A stretch of DNA of 64,000 bases. It comes from Vitrella brassicaformis CCMP3155 (lineage: Eukaryota; Protista; Chromerida). The notes below the pieces were generated by a model. It worked only from the letters and a program-made list of their open reading frames with translations. It was not told where the DNA came from and ran no database searches. Below, in pieces: positions 22,734 to 34,868 of this stretch. The position numbers and the translations under genes are program-made. The DNA is taken from NCBI GenBank assembly GCA_001179505.1, contig CDMY01000256.1, forward strand, positions 62,001 to 126,000, in the 5' to 3' direction. Positions within the stretch are counted from its first letter, which is position 1. Each line of letters begins with the position of its first letter.

Positions 22734-25700
22734 ATGGCATGCGGGCCGTGCAGAGGGTTGATCCGCACCGTTGCGACGAAGGAGGTGCTGCTGAACGGGG
22801 CGGCGTGGCTGGAAGAGCACCCGCAGGAGATATACCAGTTCGGGGGGGTCCGGTGGGACCTCATACAGGCGCAGGGGCCGCGGGCGTGGTGGATGGAGCA
22901 CATACTTCTGGAGAGGGAGGACTTCGAACGCTTCTACTGGACTGACGAAATCGATATCAGTCCGACGTGAGACGGCTGGCGGGCTTCCTCATCTGAAATG
23001 GCATGGTTGTCCTGTGTGTGTGCATGCAGATTCGGCACGGAGCTCTCTTACCGCCGCGTGAACCCCTTCAAAGCCCACGCCAACCGAGACAAGCAGACTT
23101 CAAGGCCGTCCTACGTCCCTGCCACGTCAGTCAACTCATCTCCCCCCGCCCCAGCCCCCGCCCCTCCCCCTCCCCCCTCTTCCCCGCCTCCGCCCGGCAG
23201 CCATCTCAAGAAAAACACCAAGAGCTTCAGAGCATCGCTCCGGTTTCGCTATCCGCCAAAGCCGAGATGTTGCCAATCGAATCTGCCACTGCCCCCTCAG
23301 GTAGGTGATTGATGGGATGGATGCAGAATCCTGAATGGATGGATGAGAGTGGTGGAGTCTTCCTTTTCCGCTTTTGTCTCAGCGTGTGTGCTATTTTGAG
23401 GTGGAGATCGACAGCATCTCGACCCGTCCGCGCGACACTCTCATCTCGATAGGTGTGGCGACCAAGCCGTGGGCGCCCCATGTCCTCCCGGGCCTCCTGC
23501 CGGCGTCGCTGGGCATCCTGTCGTCGGGCTTCATCCACGGCTACCCGTCGAGAGGGCGGCCGTACAGGAAGGGGTGTCCACAGCTGCGCGAGGGAGACGT
23601 AGTGGGGTGTCTGGTCAACCGGGACAGGGGACTCGTGGGGTTTCTGCTCAATGGGGGGTGGCTCGCAGAAGTCGTCATGGAAGAGGTCAGTCTGTCTGTC
23701 TGTCTGTCTGTCTGCATCGCGCACACACACACGGAGACATTTTGTGCCAGGTTCGGCTGACATGGTCGGGGCCGGCAATGTTTGTGACGATTGGGATGCT
23801 GGGGGACGGCGAGTTGGAGGTCAACTTTGGGAGGAAACACTTTGTGGGCAGCGGGGACGTCATGGTTGACCTTCCCAGAGGCATCAAGGTGACCGCTGCC
23901 ATGTGCGCTTTCGGTCGGCAGCTCGACCAGATGAAAGGACTCAAGGCAAGCGAGATCTACATTGACACGGGCGACGAGACGGACATTCCCGCCTGTGTGC
24001 CGTGCGTGTCATCATGTCAGGCGAGGCTGAAGGAGTTTTACGAGATCCACAATCCGGTGATGCTCTGCCAGGTCGACCGAATCGCAAACCTGTACATGGG
24101 CAGGGAAAAGGTGGGTGGGGTGGGGTGAGGCGAGGCGACACAAGAACAACGGGAATTCAATGCAGGCATCATGTCTCATTGGTCTCAGGAGCTGGACGAA
24201 GAACTGACGAGCCATTACGGGGCAGGTCTCAGCAACCTGCACGAGAAGCAACTCGATGGTGGGAGAGGCAACCAACGGCCACACACACATACAGAATGAT
24301 GGCGGGACGCAACCAACGTCATGTCATCTTGTCACCTCTCCCGCCGTTCCCTTCTCCATCGCAGTGGTCCGTCGTCGCGTGAGGAATTTCTTTGAGTTGT
24401 TCGACCCCTCTAAGCTGACCTTCGAGGACGTCGACGACATGATCAAAAGGCACTCTGCCGACGTACGTCAAGACGAACAGACGGAAGGAGAGGCGGAACG
24501 ATGGACGGCACACAGTCGCACCCATTCATTGTGTGTATGTTGTCTTTCTTGTGCAGACAGAGGAGATCCATCAAGCGTTGGTGTCCGAGTACGGCGTGGG
24601 CCTCGACGCCATCCACAACCGACGCAAAATCAGTCAGGAAGGGGCGGGCGATGGGAGAGAGAGAGAGAGAGAGAGGCGACATACATTCGTCTGGGCCTGT
24701 GTGTCTGTGTGTCTGTGTGTCTGTGTGTCTGTGTGTCTCTGTGTGTGTGTGTCTGTGTGCAGGTCTGCAGCGCATGCTGAATGACTACTTCAAGCTCAAG
24801 GGTGTCGAGACGGACACGGAAGGCATCAAGGTCACACGAACCTGTCACACACGCCACTAGCAGCACAACAGATGATATGTGCATTCGGCCACCTTTGTCT
24901 GTTTTGTGTATGCATGCCATCAGTCTGTGGTCAACGAGCTGTTTTCCCGTCCTGAAGTGCTCGACACGGCACTGAGGGAAAAGTTCGGCGACGGACTCAA
25001 CTACGTCCTAAAGGTCGGGGGGGGGGCGGGGGGGCGAGCAGTGGGCGAAGAGAGGCCTCATGTCCGTGGTATGAGCGTGTGTGACGTGCAGAAGAAGCTC
25101 ACGAAGCTCTACACGATGTACGCCCCTGATCAGGTGCATGAGGTGGACCGCCTGCTCAACGCATACGCAGGTCGATGTGAGCCACTCACCGACCGACCCA
25201 TTCTATCTATGTCTCTCTCCATTTCCCTCTCACTCACTCTACACACACATACATACATCTTTCTCTCTGTCTCTCTGTCTGCCGACCCGACACACAGGTG
25301 TGGACGGCGAGTTCGAGTTGAAGTTCAGGCTGAAAGAGCGGTACGCCGTCGACCTGGACCTCATCTCGGTGGAGCCCTCAGTGGACGACGGCCAGACGGT
25401 CCACGGCCACTCGAGCATGGAGGACACAGCCCCCAACTTGAACGACTTTCCCCAGGAGCAGCAAACCACCACTGTTTCAATGGTGGATCGGCGGGGCAGC
25501 GGGCCGTCGGTCGGCAGCCGCCTGAGGCTGTCGCACCTGCAGCTGTCGCAGATCGACGGCTTCACCATGTCGGGCAGCGCTCTGGACCTGCAGGCGGCCG
25601 AGGGGGGAGATAGAGAGGAGACCGACTCTCTGCCCACACTCATGAGGGGACCCACCATCAACATCGGTGCGGCCGTGTGTGCGTGTGTGTGTGGGGGAGA

Positions 25701-26050
25701 GAGACATGTATATTGGGTGGCATGGTGTGTGGTGTGGTGCAGGTGGTGTCAAGGTTGGCCACCAGAGAGTGTCCGTGACCCGCACATCTCGTCTCGGCTC
25801 CACCTCATCCGTGCCCACCACCACCAACAGGAGAGACCACCCCCCTCACTCATCGTCGTCACCCGACACCCAGTTCACCACCCCTCTGACTGGCGAGCAG
25901 TTCTTCACCACATCGCCCCATGACCATCGCAGCCGAAGCGCACTTGACCAGCCCCCCTCAGGGCCGCACACACCGCAGGGCGGCCGGCAGACATCCATCA
26001 ACACCAACATCAGCGAACGGTTAATCAATACGAGGCCAGCCAACACATGA
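22734..26050 (+). CDS. SPRY-domain protein with four C-terminal helical repeats (3' end may extend to ~26250 via another exon)
   Basis: CYFEVEIDS...ISIGVATKPWAPHVLPG...LREGDVVGCLVNRDRGLVGFLLNG...ELEVNFG is SPRY-like; repeats such as RLKEFYEIHNP..VD.I...Y.G.E..L...L...YG. Confidence 0.75.
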
Positions 26051-26637
26051 TGGTGGAGAGAGACACCGTGTGTGTGTGTGTGTGTGTGAGAGGCGCGGTT
26101 CAGTGCGCGAGCCGTCAGTGGAGATGGCGGAGGCGTGGCTGTTGGTGGAGGTGGCGCTCTGACCGAAGCCGTCGGACGACAACATCGTGCGGGCCGTGAG
26201 TGCTGCAGCCAAGAGGGAGCCGGGGGGCGGCACAGGAGGGGTCGCATGAGTGAGTAAATGACCAGTGAGTGCATGTGTGTATCTGAATGTGTTCGACGTC
26301 TTCATTCGACGGGTTTTCCAGCTCGTCAATGAATGACCTTGATCCATTCTGGCTTCAGAAAAACAAACAGCCCCGCCAAGTAGAGTAGGTTTCTCACTCA
26401 CCCTCACAAGCAGAACAGACAGGGTGGAGACTGGCAGGCTGTCGTAGCAGTGACAGCGGTGTGTGGTCGATCGACCACAAACATGCCTGAGTCAGACCCA
26501 CCCCACCTCCTCCAGCAAACACACAAGGGACAGGGAAGGGTCAGCAAGGAAGAATCAGCAGCAAAGGGTAGACAGACGGGAACAAGGGATGAGATCAGCC
26601 CGCCCGTAAGGACCACCTCAACCAATCAATCAATCAG

Positions 26638-27617
26638 TCAGCGACAACACGGCGACGGCTTCCCACGCCCAGAGCAACACAACCAGCCCTGACATGAACG
26701 ACATTAATTCAATAAAATGGGACAATATATGATCCCCCCATAATGTTGCACGCCACGTACACATTTGTTTCGGTCTTACCCCGGACGTTGGCGAGGGGGC
26801 GAGGTTCTCAGCCTGGAAGGAAGCCAGCAGAACGACGACAGGGGCAGTGATGTGATGGCAGCCCAACAGGTCTTTCTCTCTTCGTTGCTTGCTTACGATG
26901 TCTCTGGTCGGCTCAAGAGTGCACTGATGCAGTTTTTCATAGGTGGCGCTGACCTCTTCCTGAATCTGCACCCACAAACAAGCATAGCATGGCCACCCAC
27001 GGCCCTCCCGGCCGTCCGACCGTCTGCCCACTTGTAGCAACTTGGTTCTGAGAACCATGTTTTCATCCACAAGGGCCTCTTTCTCGCCCACCAGGTCGTC
27101 GACCTGGTCCTCCGCTCTCTCCAGCCACCGCAACACGATCTGCTGCTGCACCTGGTGCACCACGTGAGCGCCCTGCAATGCACAGTCAGTCGGGTGTCGT
27201 CACCGCGTATGTCAGTCGTCTTTTGCTCCTTGCTTACCAGTGTCTCGGCCTTGGCCGCTCGCTGCTGTTGTTGAACCTCACGGTGGAGAGCCTGCGTGGC
27301 GTATATGTGCACACATCGTACGAACGGGGAAATACAGAGAGGCGAACGTGCTCACCCGGGTCTCGTTCAGGATGATAACAAGGAGGTGCTGGAACTGCGA
27401 CATCAGCGACTGATGGATTTAGACGAGAAAGACCGTTGAGAGTTCATGTCTCGGTCTTCGCCCTTATCCCTCATCCGTACCTGCAAATCGTGGCCCCACG
27501 GTGCCGACACAGCGTCATGGCCACGGGGGTTGGCTTGAGAGTGCGAGTGCTCGTCGGTCTCGAGCTCCAGTCCCTTCACCTCTTGAAACAACATCTCCAG
27601 GAAATGCTGCAGAGACA

Positions 27618-27651
<34 letters not shown>

Positions 27652-29864
27652 CATCGGCATCCGCAGGACACAAGATTCGTATCAGCTTGCTCGCCTTGAT
27701 ATTGTCCTCGAACTGCTTGGTCGCCGTCTCCAGTTCCGTCTTGACAACGCTCAAGTCACTCTCGAGGCCACTCTTGGCGCTTCGCACGTCAAATAGCTCG
27801 CTCGTGAGCTCATCAATGCGCTGTTGAAGGCCCGTTTTTTCTTGCTCGGCCTTCCGTGCGTCCTCGACGCGGGCAGTGGCCGTCTGTTGCTCCCGAGTGG
27901 CCGCCTCCTCGCGCACGGACGCCAGCTGTTGCTTGGTCGTCGTCAGGTCCTGCTCAAGGTCCTTCTTGGCGTCTCGTTCGCCCTCGACCTTCTTCTCCAA
28001 AACGGCAGCTTTGTTGCGCCACTCCTGCATAAGCGACCAACCAACAGGCAGAAGACAGAGGCAAACATAATGTGGATCTTTCACATCCGCCCACTCACAT
28101 TGATATTATCCTCGAATTGCTTGGCTGACTCCTTCAGTTCGGCCTTGGCGTCGCCAAGGTCCCTCTGCAGGCCATCGTTGGCACTGCGTACGCTGACCAG
28201 CTCGCCCTTGAGCTCATCGATGTGTTTCTCCTTTTCGAGTACAGAGGCATGAAGAGCGGCTTTCTCTTGCTCGGCCTTCTGGGCGTCTTCGACCCGGGCT
28301 GTGGCCATCTGCTGCTCTCGGGTGGCAGCCTCCTCGCGCACGGAGGCCAGCTCTTGTGTGATCTTCGCGTTGGCGGCTTCTCGTTCGTCTCTCTGCTCTG
28401 TCAAACCTTTGACTTCGTCAGCATGGGTGCTGGCGCTGTCGTCCAGGGAGCGCTGAAGGTTGGACAGGCCTTCTCGGAGGTCAACGACGGTGGACTGTAG
28501 CGCGGTAGCTTTGCTGCGCCACTCCTGTATGTGTGACACAGAGGCGGGAGGGAGTCTTGGAATGAGTGTGGGGAAGCATTGTGCATGTGTGCGTGCCTCC
28601 ACTTCGGATTTGAGATGTCTCTTCGCTTCTTGCTCGGCCTCAAGCTTCTCCGCATGCTCAATGCTTGATCCGAGGCTCTCAACTGACATGCGCACACACG
28701 AAAATCACTCATGGGTTGGTCTGGCGGGCGCCTCCGCCTTAACCTGCTGGCTCATCAGTAGCCTCAGGCGTCTCCACTTTCTCCTGGTCGGCTGTGCGCG
28801 CCTCTATCAAGGCCTTCATCTCATCAAGGGACGTCTCAAGCGTCTCGTTCTTGAGCCTCAAGGCAGAGATCTCCTGATCCTTCTGCTCCAATTGACAAAG
28901 GTGCTCCGTCTCGCGCTCTCTCATCACTTCCTGATTGCACGGCGCGCGGGGTCATACAAAGGAGAGACGTGAGCTGCCAGAGGGACCTTTAGTCGTTCCG
29001 TGTTGTCTCTCCTACCCTCATTTGGTTCAGGTCGGAGCGTGGCGACAGCTGGATACTGTGGTTCCGGGGGCTGCCGACTGTGGATGAGGAGCCAGAGGGC
29101 GCGGGCTGTCTGTCGTCTTCCTTCTTGACCGCCGTCAGCCTCTCATGCAATCTCTGGATCCTTGCCTCCTTCTGCTGAGAGACCTGCAGCTCTTTCTGTT
29201 GATAGTGGTGTGCATCGTCCTCCAGACCGCTGATGTGGTCTTTGAGTCTTGATATCTCTTGCTGGGCGGCACTGAGCGCCGTGTTTGTCTCGCCGAGATC
29301 TTGCCGAAGCCTCCGGCACTCGTCGACCATCTTATCGTACTCATCACCTGCGCGTGGACAATTAAGGAAACCATACATGTCTCCTCGAGCCATGCATCAA
29401 GGCATGGAGGAGGCCGTCGTATATACCGAGGTTGACGTGTATCTGCACTTGCGAGTTCCTCCGTTCCTGTTGGCGAAGGCTTATTCGAAGCCGCTCCATC
29501 CTGCAGTGAAGACAGTCAGGCGTCCATGTCCGCATGTGGTCCATCCATCAACGTCTCCCCAAGACTTACTCCTCTCTCATGTGGCTTTTGCTCTCGTGCG
29601 ACTTCTTGAGGGCTCCGTGGAGCTTCTCGTACTCCGCTTGAAACCGAGCCAAACGCTTGTCGCCGACCAGTTCCTGCAGCACCTCCTGGAAGTCCTTCTC
29701 GAGGGCCCTGCAGGGTGCAAACAGTCGACAGGCTTGTGCGTCACTTCAGTGCGTTCCCCCTCCCCCCCCCCTTTTACGCGGGCTCACTCAAGGATGGACG
29801 ACTCATCATCACCCTCCCCTCCAATGACAAACTCTCCAGTTGGGGTGTCTGTTACGTCTGTCAT
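26638..29864 (-). CDS. Coiled-coil protein whose first two exons are paralogous to CFAP58 exons 1-2; C-terminal Cys-Cys motifs
   Basis: Exon 1 MTDVTDTPTGEFVIGGEGDDESSILE; exon 2 ALEKDFQEVLQELVGDKRLARFQAEYEKLHGALKKSHESK; further heptad exons; last exon GWLCCSGRGKPSPCCR*. Confidence 0.75.
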
Positions 29865-29925
29865 CTCGGACACACGAACTTGAATCCTTTCAAAGTTCTT
29901 CTCAGGCCCCCACCATGCCCCCACG

Positions 29926-29933
29926 AGCTCGCA
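29926..29933 (+). promoter_or_regulatory. AGCTCGCA motif in the CFAP58 bidirectional spacer
   Basis: gAGCTCGCAaaa. Confidence 0.5.
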
Positions 29934-29959
29934 AAAGTGTGGCAAAGAGTGAGTTTCTT

Positions 29960-32900
29960 ATGGCAGACGTAACGGAAAAGGCAGGAGGCCTTGGTGCTGG
30001 GGAGAAGGAGGGCGAGGATGCCTTCGAGTCATCTGCATTCGAGTGAGCCCCCACCAACGAATGAAAGCGGTGCGCACATCTCGTGCTGCTCACGGCTGTC
30101 TGTGCACTGCAGGGCCCTCGAGAAGGACTTCCAGGAGGTGCTGCAGGAGCTCGTCGGCGACAAGAGCCTCGAGCACTTCCGCTTGGAGTACGAGAAGCTC
30201 CACCGAGCTCTCAAGAAGTCACACGAAAGCGAGAAGAGACTCATCAAGAAGTAGGTCTACGGGAGGAGAGCGAATGCTCAGGTCCCTTCCATGCCATGCC
30301 ATATGTGCGACTTCCTCTTCCTTCGCAGGTGTCGAGAGCTCAATGCGGAGATCGTCTCCAATGCAGCCAAAGGTGAAGAAGGAGAGAAGACAACGATTCA
30401 GAGCACTGATAAGATCGTTGACGCTGCGTGCCATGTATTGTCTGTCGCTCAGTGCAAACGGCACTCAAGCTCTCGCAAGAAGATCAGGCCACCATTGCCG
30501 CCCTCAAGAAGGTCACACAATGACAAGAGCACAGCGCAAAAGAGGGCCAGGTGTGCGTGCATTGTCCCTCTGTCGGATCTGCAGGAGATCGAGCGTGCCT
30601 GGAAGATGGTCGAGGCGAGCCATGAGAAGGAGCAGCGGGCCAAGGAGACCATACACAATCTCAAGATCGAGATTGCCAACCTCAGCAGGTGAAGAGGAAC
30701 ATATCGTGTGTGTCACGTGTTGGACGCATCGACCTGTGCTGCTGTCAGGTTGGTCGAGCAGGGGGCCGGCCTGAGCATCAATCAGGAGAACACCGTCAAT
30801 GACCTGCTCAAGCAAAAGGAAGAGCTCATGAAAGGTGGCCATTGGCACACATATTGAGGGGGGGGGGGGGCACGGGGCAGCAAGACGGTGGGACGAGGCA
30901 GCAACATCGTCGGACCGTCCTGCTGCCTCTGTCTGTCTCTGTGTATGTCGCAGAGCGTGACGTGCTGAACACGACTGTATCTCAGCTCAGCGCGCAGAAC
31001 TCCGACCTCTTCGAGAAGCTCACCAAGCTGCAGACAGACAAGTCACAAGGTCTGCACAAGACACTGAGGCAACCGCATTGAATCGAATCCACTATGTCCA
31101 TGTTGCAGCTGAGGCCGAGATCCAGAATCTCAAGGATCTGGTGCAGACCAAGAAGACCGAGACAGAGCGGGAACAACGCCGCAAGGAGAGGCTAGACAAG
31201 GAGCTCAAAGAAATCCGCTCTACCCTTGAGCAGAGACACGGCGAACTCAAGCAGAAGGTGGGCAAGAAGGCTTTTGTGGAGCCCCTACTGCTGATGATCT
31301 CTCTCTCACTTACTTTTGCCACTCTGTGGTCTTCCTTTGCAGCAAACGCAGCTCACCCAAGAGCAAGCCAACGTAGGAAGAGTGAATGACACTTATATGT
31401 AAAACAAGACAATGCCTGCCTTCTTCATGCAGACCCAGAGGCTAGAGCAGCAACTGGGCGAGCTGAAGAAGATGCAGGAGCTCGAGCAGCGTCAGCATCA
31501 GGAGCTGTCGCACAAGATACAAGACGCAGAAGTGAAACTCAACCAGGAAATCCTGAAAAACAGCAAACTCCTGGCCGACAACAAGTGAGGCCTGCCTGAC
31601 GCCACCACGCCAGCTTTCCGCTTTTGGTCGTATTGTGTGCCTTCGTGCATCTGCTGTCAGTGAAAAGGAGGCCGAGCTCAAGACCCGCAATGAGGAACTA
31701 ACGCACCTGAGACAAGACAAGGTCAGCAGGATCACGTGCCCTTTCTCTCTAACTGGCCCGCTCTCCGCTGCCTCTGGTGTGTGCAGGAGAAGGTGGTCAA
31801 GGGCTACGATGCGGTCAAGAAGAAGCTCCAGCAGGTTGAAGAGGACCGCAAGGAAGTCGAGACACAGCGAAACTGTGAGACGCATGAAGCGGGCAGGGCC
31901 CGTTGTCCCGCATACCGTCTGTTGTCCTCGTGCCTGTATCTGTGCAGCCTTGAAGGCGGAGATCGTGGCCATCAACCGCGAGATCGACGGCCTGAAGAAA
32001 GCGGTCCGCGAAGCATGAGGCTCGGATACCCAAAAGGCCTCGTCGGTGGACATGCTGGTGCCCCTCCTTGGTTTCTGTCTTTCAGGCCGACTCTGACAAG
32101 AAACAGATCGAGGACCTTCTGCGCGAAAGGTGGGCTGACGTAGACAGACAGATATGAGACTTATGATATCCTGTCTCGTTCGTTCAGGGACATCTTAAAC
32201 AAGAACGTGATCAAAGCTGATGGCTCGACGAAGAAGCAGATCGACCTCGTCAAAGTCAGCCAGCTAGCCACACACATGAGCAAGTGAGAATGTGTGCATG
32301 TCTGCCCCATTGCTGTGTGGCGTCACAGCGTCACGAGACACAAGCCCTTCACCTGCAGAAGGACATTCAGCGGTACAAACTCGACGCACAAGAGATGAAG
32401 AAACGCATCTACGAGCTGGAGAAACAGGTGAGTACACGCATACAGTACAGGGACGCAGTCGCCCAGCCGTCCCGCCCCATCTGTCGATCCATCTCGACAA
32501 CAGAGGGAGAAGTACGGCATAGAGTTGAGCCAGGCCAACAGCAAGTACATCTCTGCCCTCGAGGAGCTCAAAAACCGCGACAACAAGCTCACAGAGCTCA
32601 AGAAGAACATCGCCGACGTCAAGGCCCGCCTCAACCAGCAGAAGAACCTCTACGAGGCCGTCCGCACTGATCGCAACCTCTACTCGAAGAACCTCATCGA
32701 GTCACAAGACGAAATCGCCGAAATGAAGAGGTGACAGCGAGCAGAGGCAGAGGCAGAGGCAGCGGCGCCCCATATGTGCATCACACACATGGTGTGTATC
32801 GTGCAGGAAGTTCAAGATCATGTACCACCAGATCGAGCAGCTGAAGGAGGAAATCAAGGAAAAGGACGCGGCACTCATCAAGGAACACTTCGAACACCAC

Positions 32901-34466
32901 AAGGTCGGTCGGTCAGGCATATAACCGTAGCATCTGGTATGCTTCCGTGTCGGTCAGGTGACCAAGGAGAACGAGAAGATCAAGGACGACCTGCAGAAGG
33001 CCAAAAAGAGGATGGCCTCACTCCAACAAATCGTCGAGAACCAAAAGTGCGGCAGACGTCATAATCAATCGGTCACCATCACCTCTCTGTGTCCTCTGCT
33101 ACAACATAGGGCCGAGATCAAGAAGTTGGAGTCGACGATTCAGGAGGCCGAACAGGAGAGGCAGAACCAGAAGAAGGAGTACGAGGCCGTCATCAGCGAG
33201 CGTGATATCATGGGCACGCAGCTCATCCGCCGCAACGACGAGCTGGCCCTGCTCTACGAGAAGATCAAAATACAACAGTCCACACTGCAGAAGGGCGAGA
33301 CGCAGTACAGGGTGGGTATCCTCCTTTAAGGGACAAAGGACACAGCGGCTGGGTGAATGCATTGTGTGTGGTCGTGTGTGCAGGAGCGTCTCGAGGACAT
33401 CCGTGCGTTGAAGCGCAAGATCGCCATGATCAAGCGCGAGCTGCACCTTGCGAAACAGCAGGTCAGAGAAAGGGCCCGTGAGTGAGTGCCTTGCCCACGC
33501 AATGGACGTCGATGTGTGTCTGCATACAGGTGATCAACGTCGACGAGCTGAAGAGGGAGGTCTATCATCTGCAAAGGGAGCTGCTTCAAGGTACGATCCC
33601 GACGCGCCATGCGAAGCCAGTATCTATCTGCGGATGTGCCTCTTCGTGTTTTCCGATATATAGAGCGGACGAAGGTCAAGGCTCTTTCTGAGGAGCTCGA
33701 GAACCCAATGAACGTGCACAGGTCGGCCCGCAGCTGACATTCAACATTCCCATCTCTCACTGCATGTCATGTCTCTGTCCGCACACACACACAGGTGGCG
33801 CAAGCTGGAGGGATCTGACCCGGCCACCTACGAGATGATCCAGAAGGTCAAGACGCTGCAGAAGCGGCTCATATCCAAGACTGAGGAAGTGGTTGAAAAG
33901 GACCTGCTCATTCAGGAGAAGGAGAAGCTATATGTCGAGCTCAAGGTACGTTCGTGGACACACCCGCCACAGACATGAGCGATGTCTCGTGTGTGCGTCA
34001 GAACATCTTGGCGCGTCAGCCTGGCCCTGAGGTTGCCGAGCAGCTCCAGGTCTACCAACAGGTATCTATCCTGCAGCCCTGAGATGAGTCAGTGCACGGT
34101 GAGACATGCAGAGACGGATGTGTGTCTCTTTCAATCAGAACGTGAAGGAGAAAACCAAGCAGATGAAGAGCATGGCGTCGGAGCTCAACATGTACCACGC
34201 TCAGGTGGGGACGAGCCATACGCATGCACTTCACCCAAAGCATATCTTCTGCTGGAATGGGTGCGCGTGTCCGTCAGGTCAACGAGTACAAGGACGAGAT
34301 CGAGCGGCTGACACGCGAGTTGCAGGACATCAAGAAGCGCTACTTCGAGCAGAAAAAGCGCGAGATGCAGCAGCGAGACGCGCAGAAGGGAGACATGAAG
34401 CTGCAGGCCATACCCAACCCGGACATTCCACGATTCACGGGAGGGGGCTATAACTTGTCAATATGA
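29960..34466 (+). CDS. CFAP58: Cilia- and flagella-associated protein 58 (CCDC147/FAP58/FAP189 family)
   Basis: ALEKDFQEVLQELVGDKSLEHFRLEYEKLHRALKKSHESEKRLIKKCRELNAEIV; QQKNLYEAVRTDRNLYSKNLIESQDEIAEMKRKFKIM; ERDIMGTQLIRRNDELALLYEKIKIQQSTL; LENPMNVHRWRKLEGSDP; PRFTGGGYNLSI*; >25 short introns. Confidence 0.95.
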
Positions 34467-34868
34467 TGGCACATGGATGGGCGTGAACGGCTGGGTATTT
34501 GTCCCACTGATTGACAGACAGACGCTTGCAGGGTCAGCTCGTTGTTCCAAAGACATCCGCTACGTGTGTGTGTGTGTGTGTGATGTTCGCTGCTCTCAAG
34601 ACGTGCACTCGTTGACCCTCAATCCATCCTACAGAACCAATGCAAGAACCATGCACACGCACGCACACCCATAAAGGGCAGGCAGACAAACGCGCGAACA
34701 CAGCGACGGCCCATATCTGCACGTCAATGTCTGTAATGTCTGTGAGTGAGTGAGTGAGTGAGTGCATCTATTGACGCAAAAGTGGCCGTCAGTCTCGCAT
34801 GGCCGACACACAGTGACTGACTATTCTACAGTACCTACCATCACGAAGGACCTTCTTGTCCGTCACAG

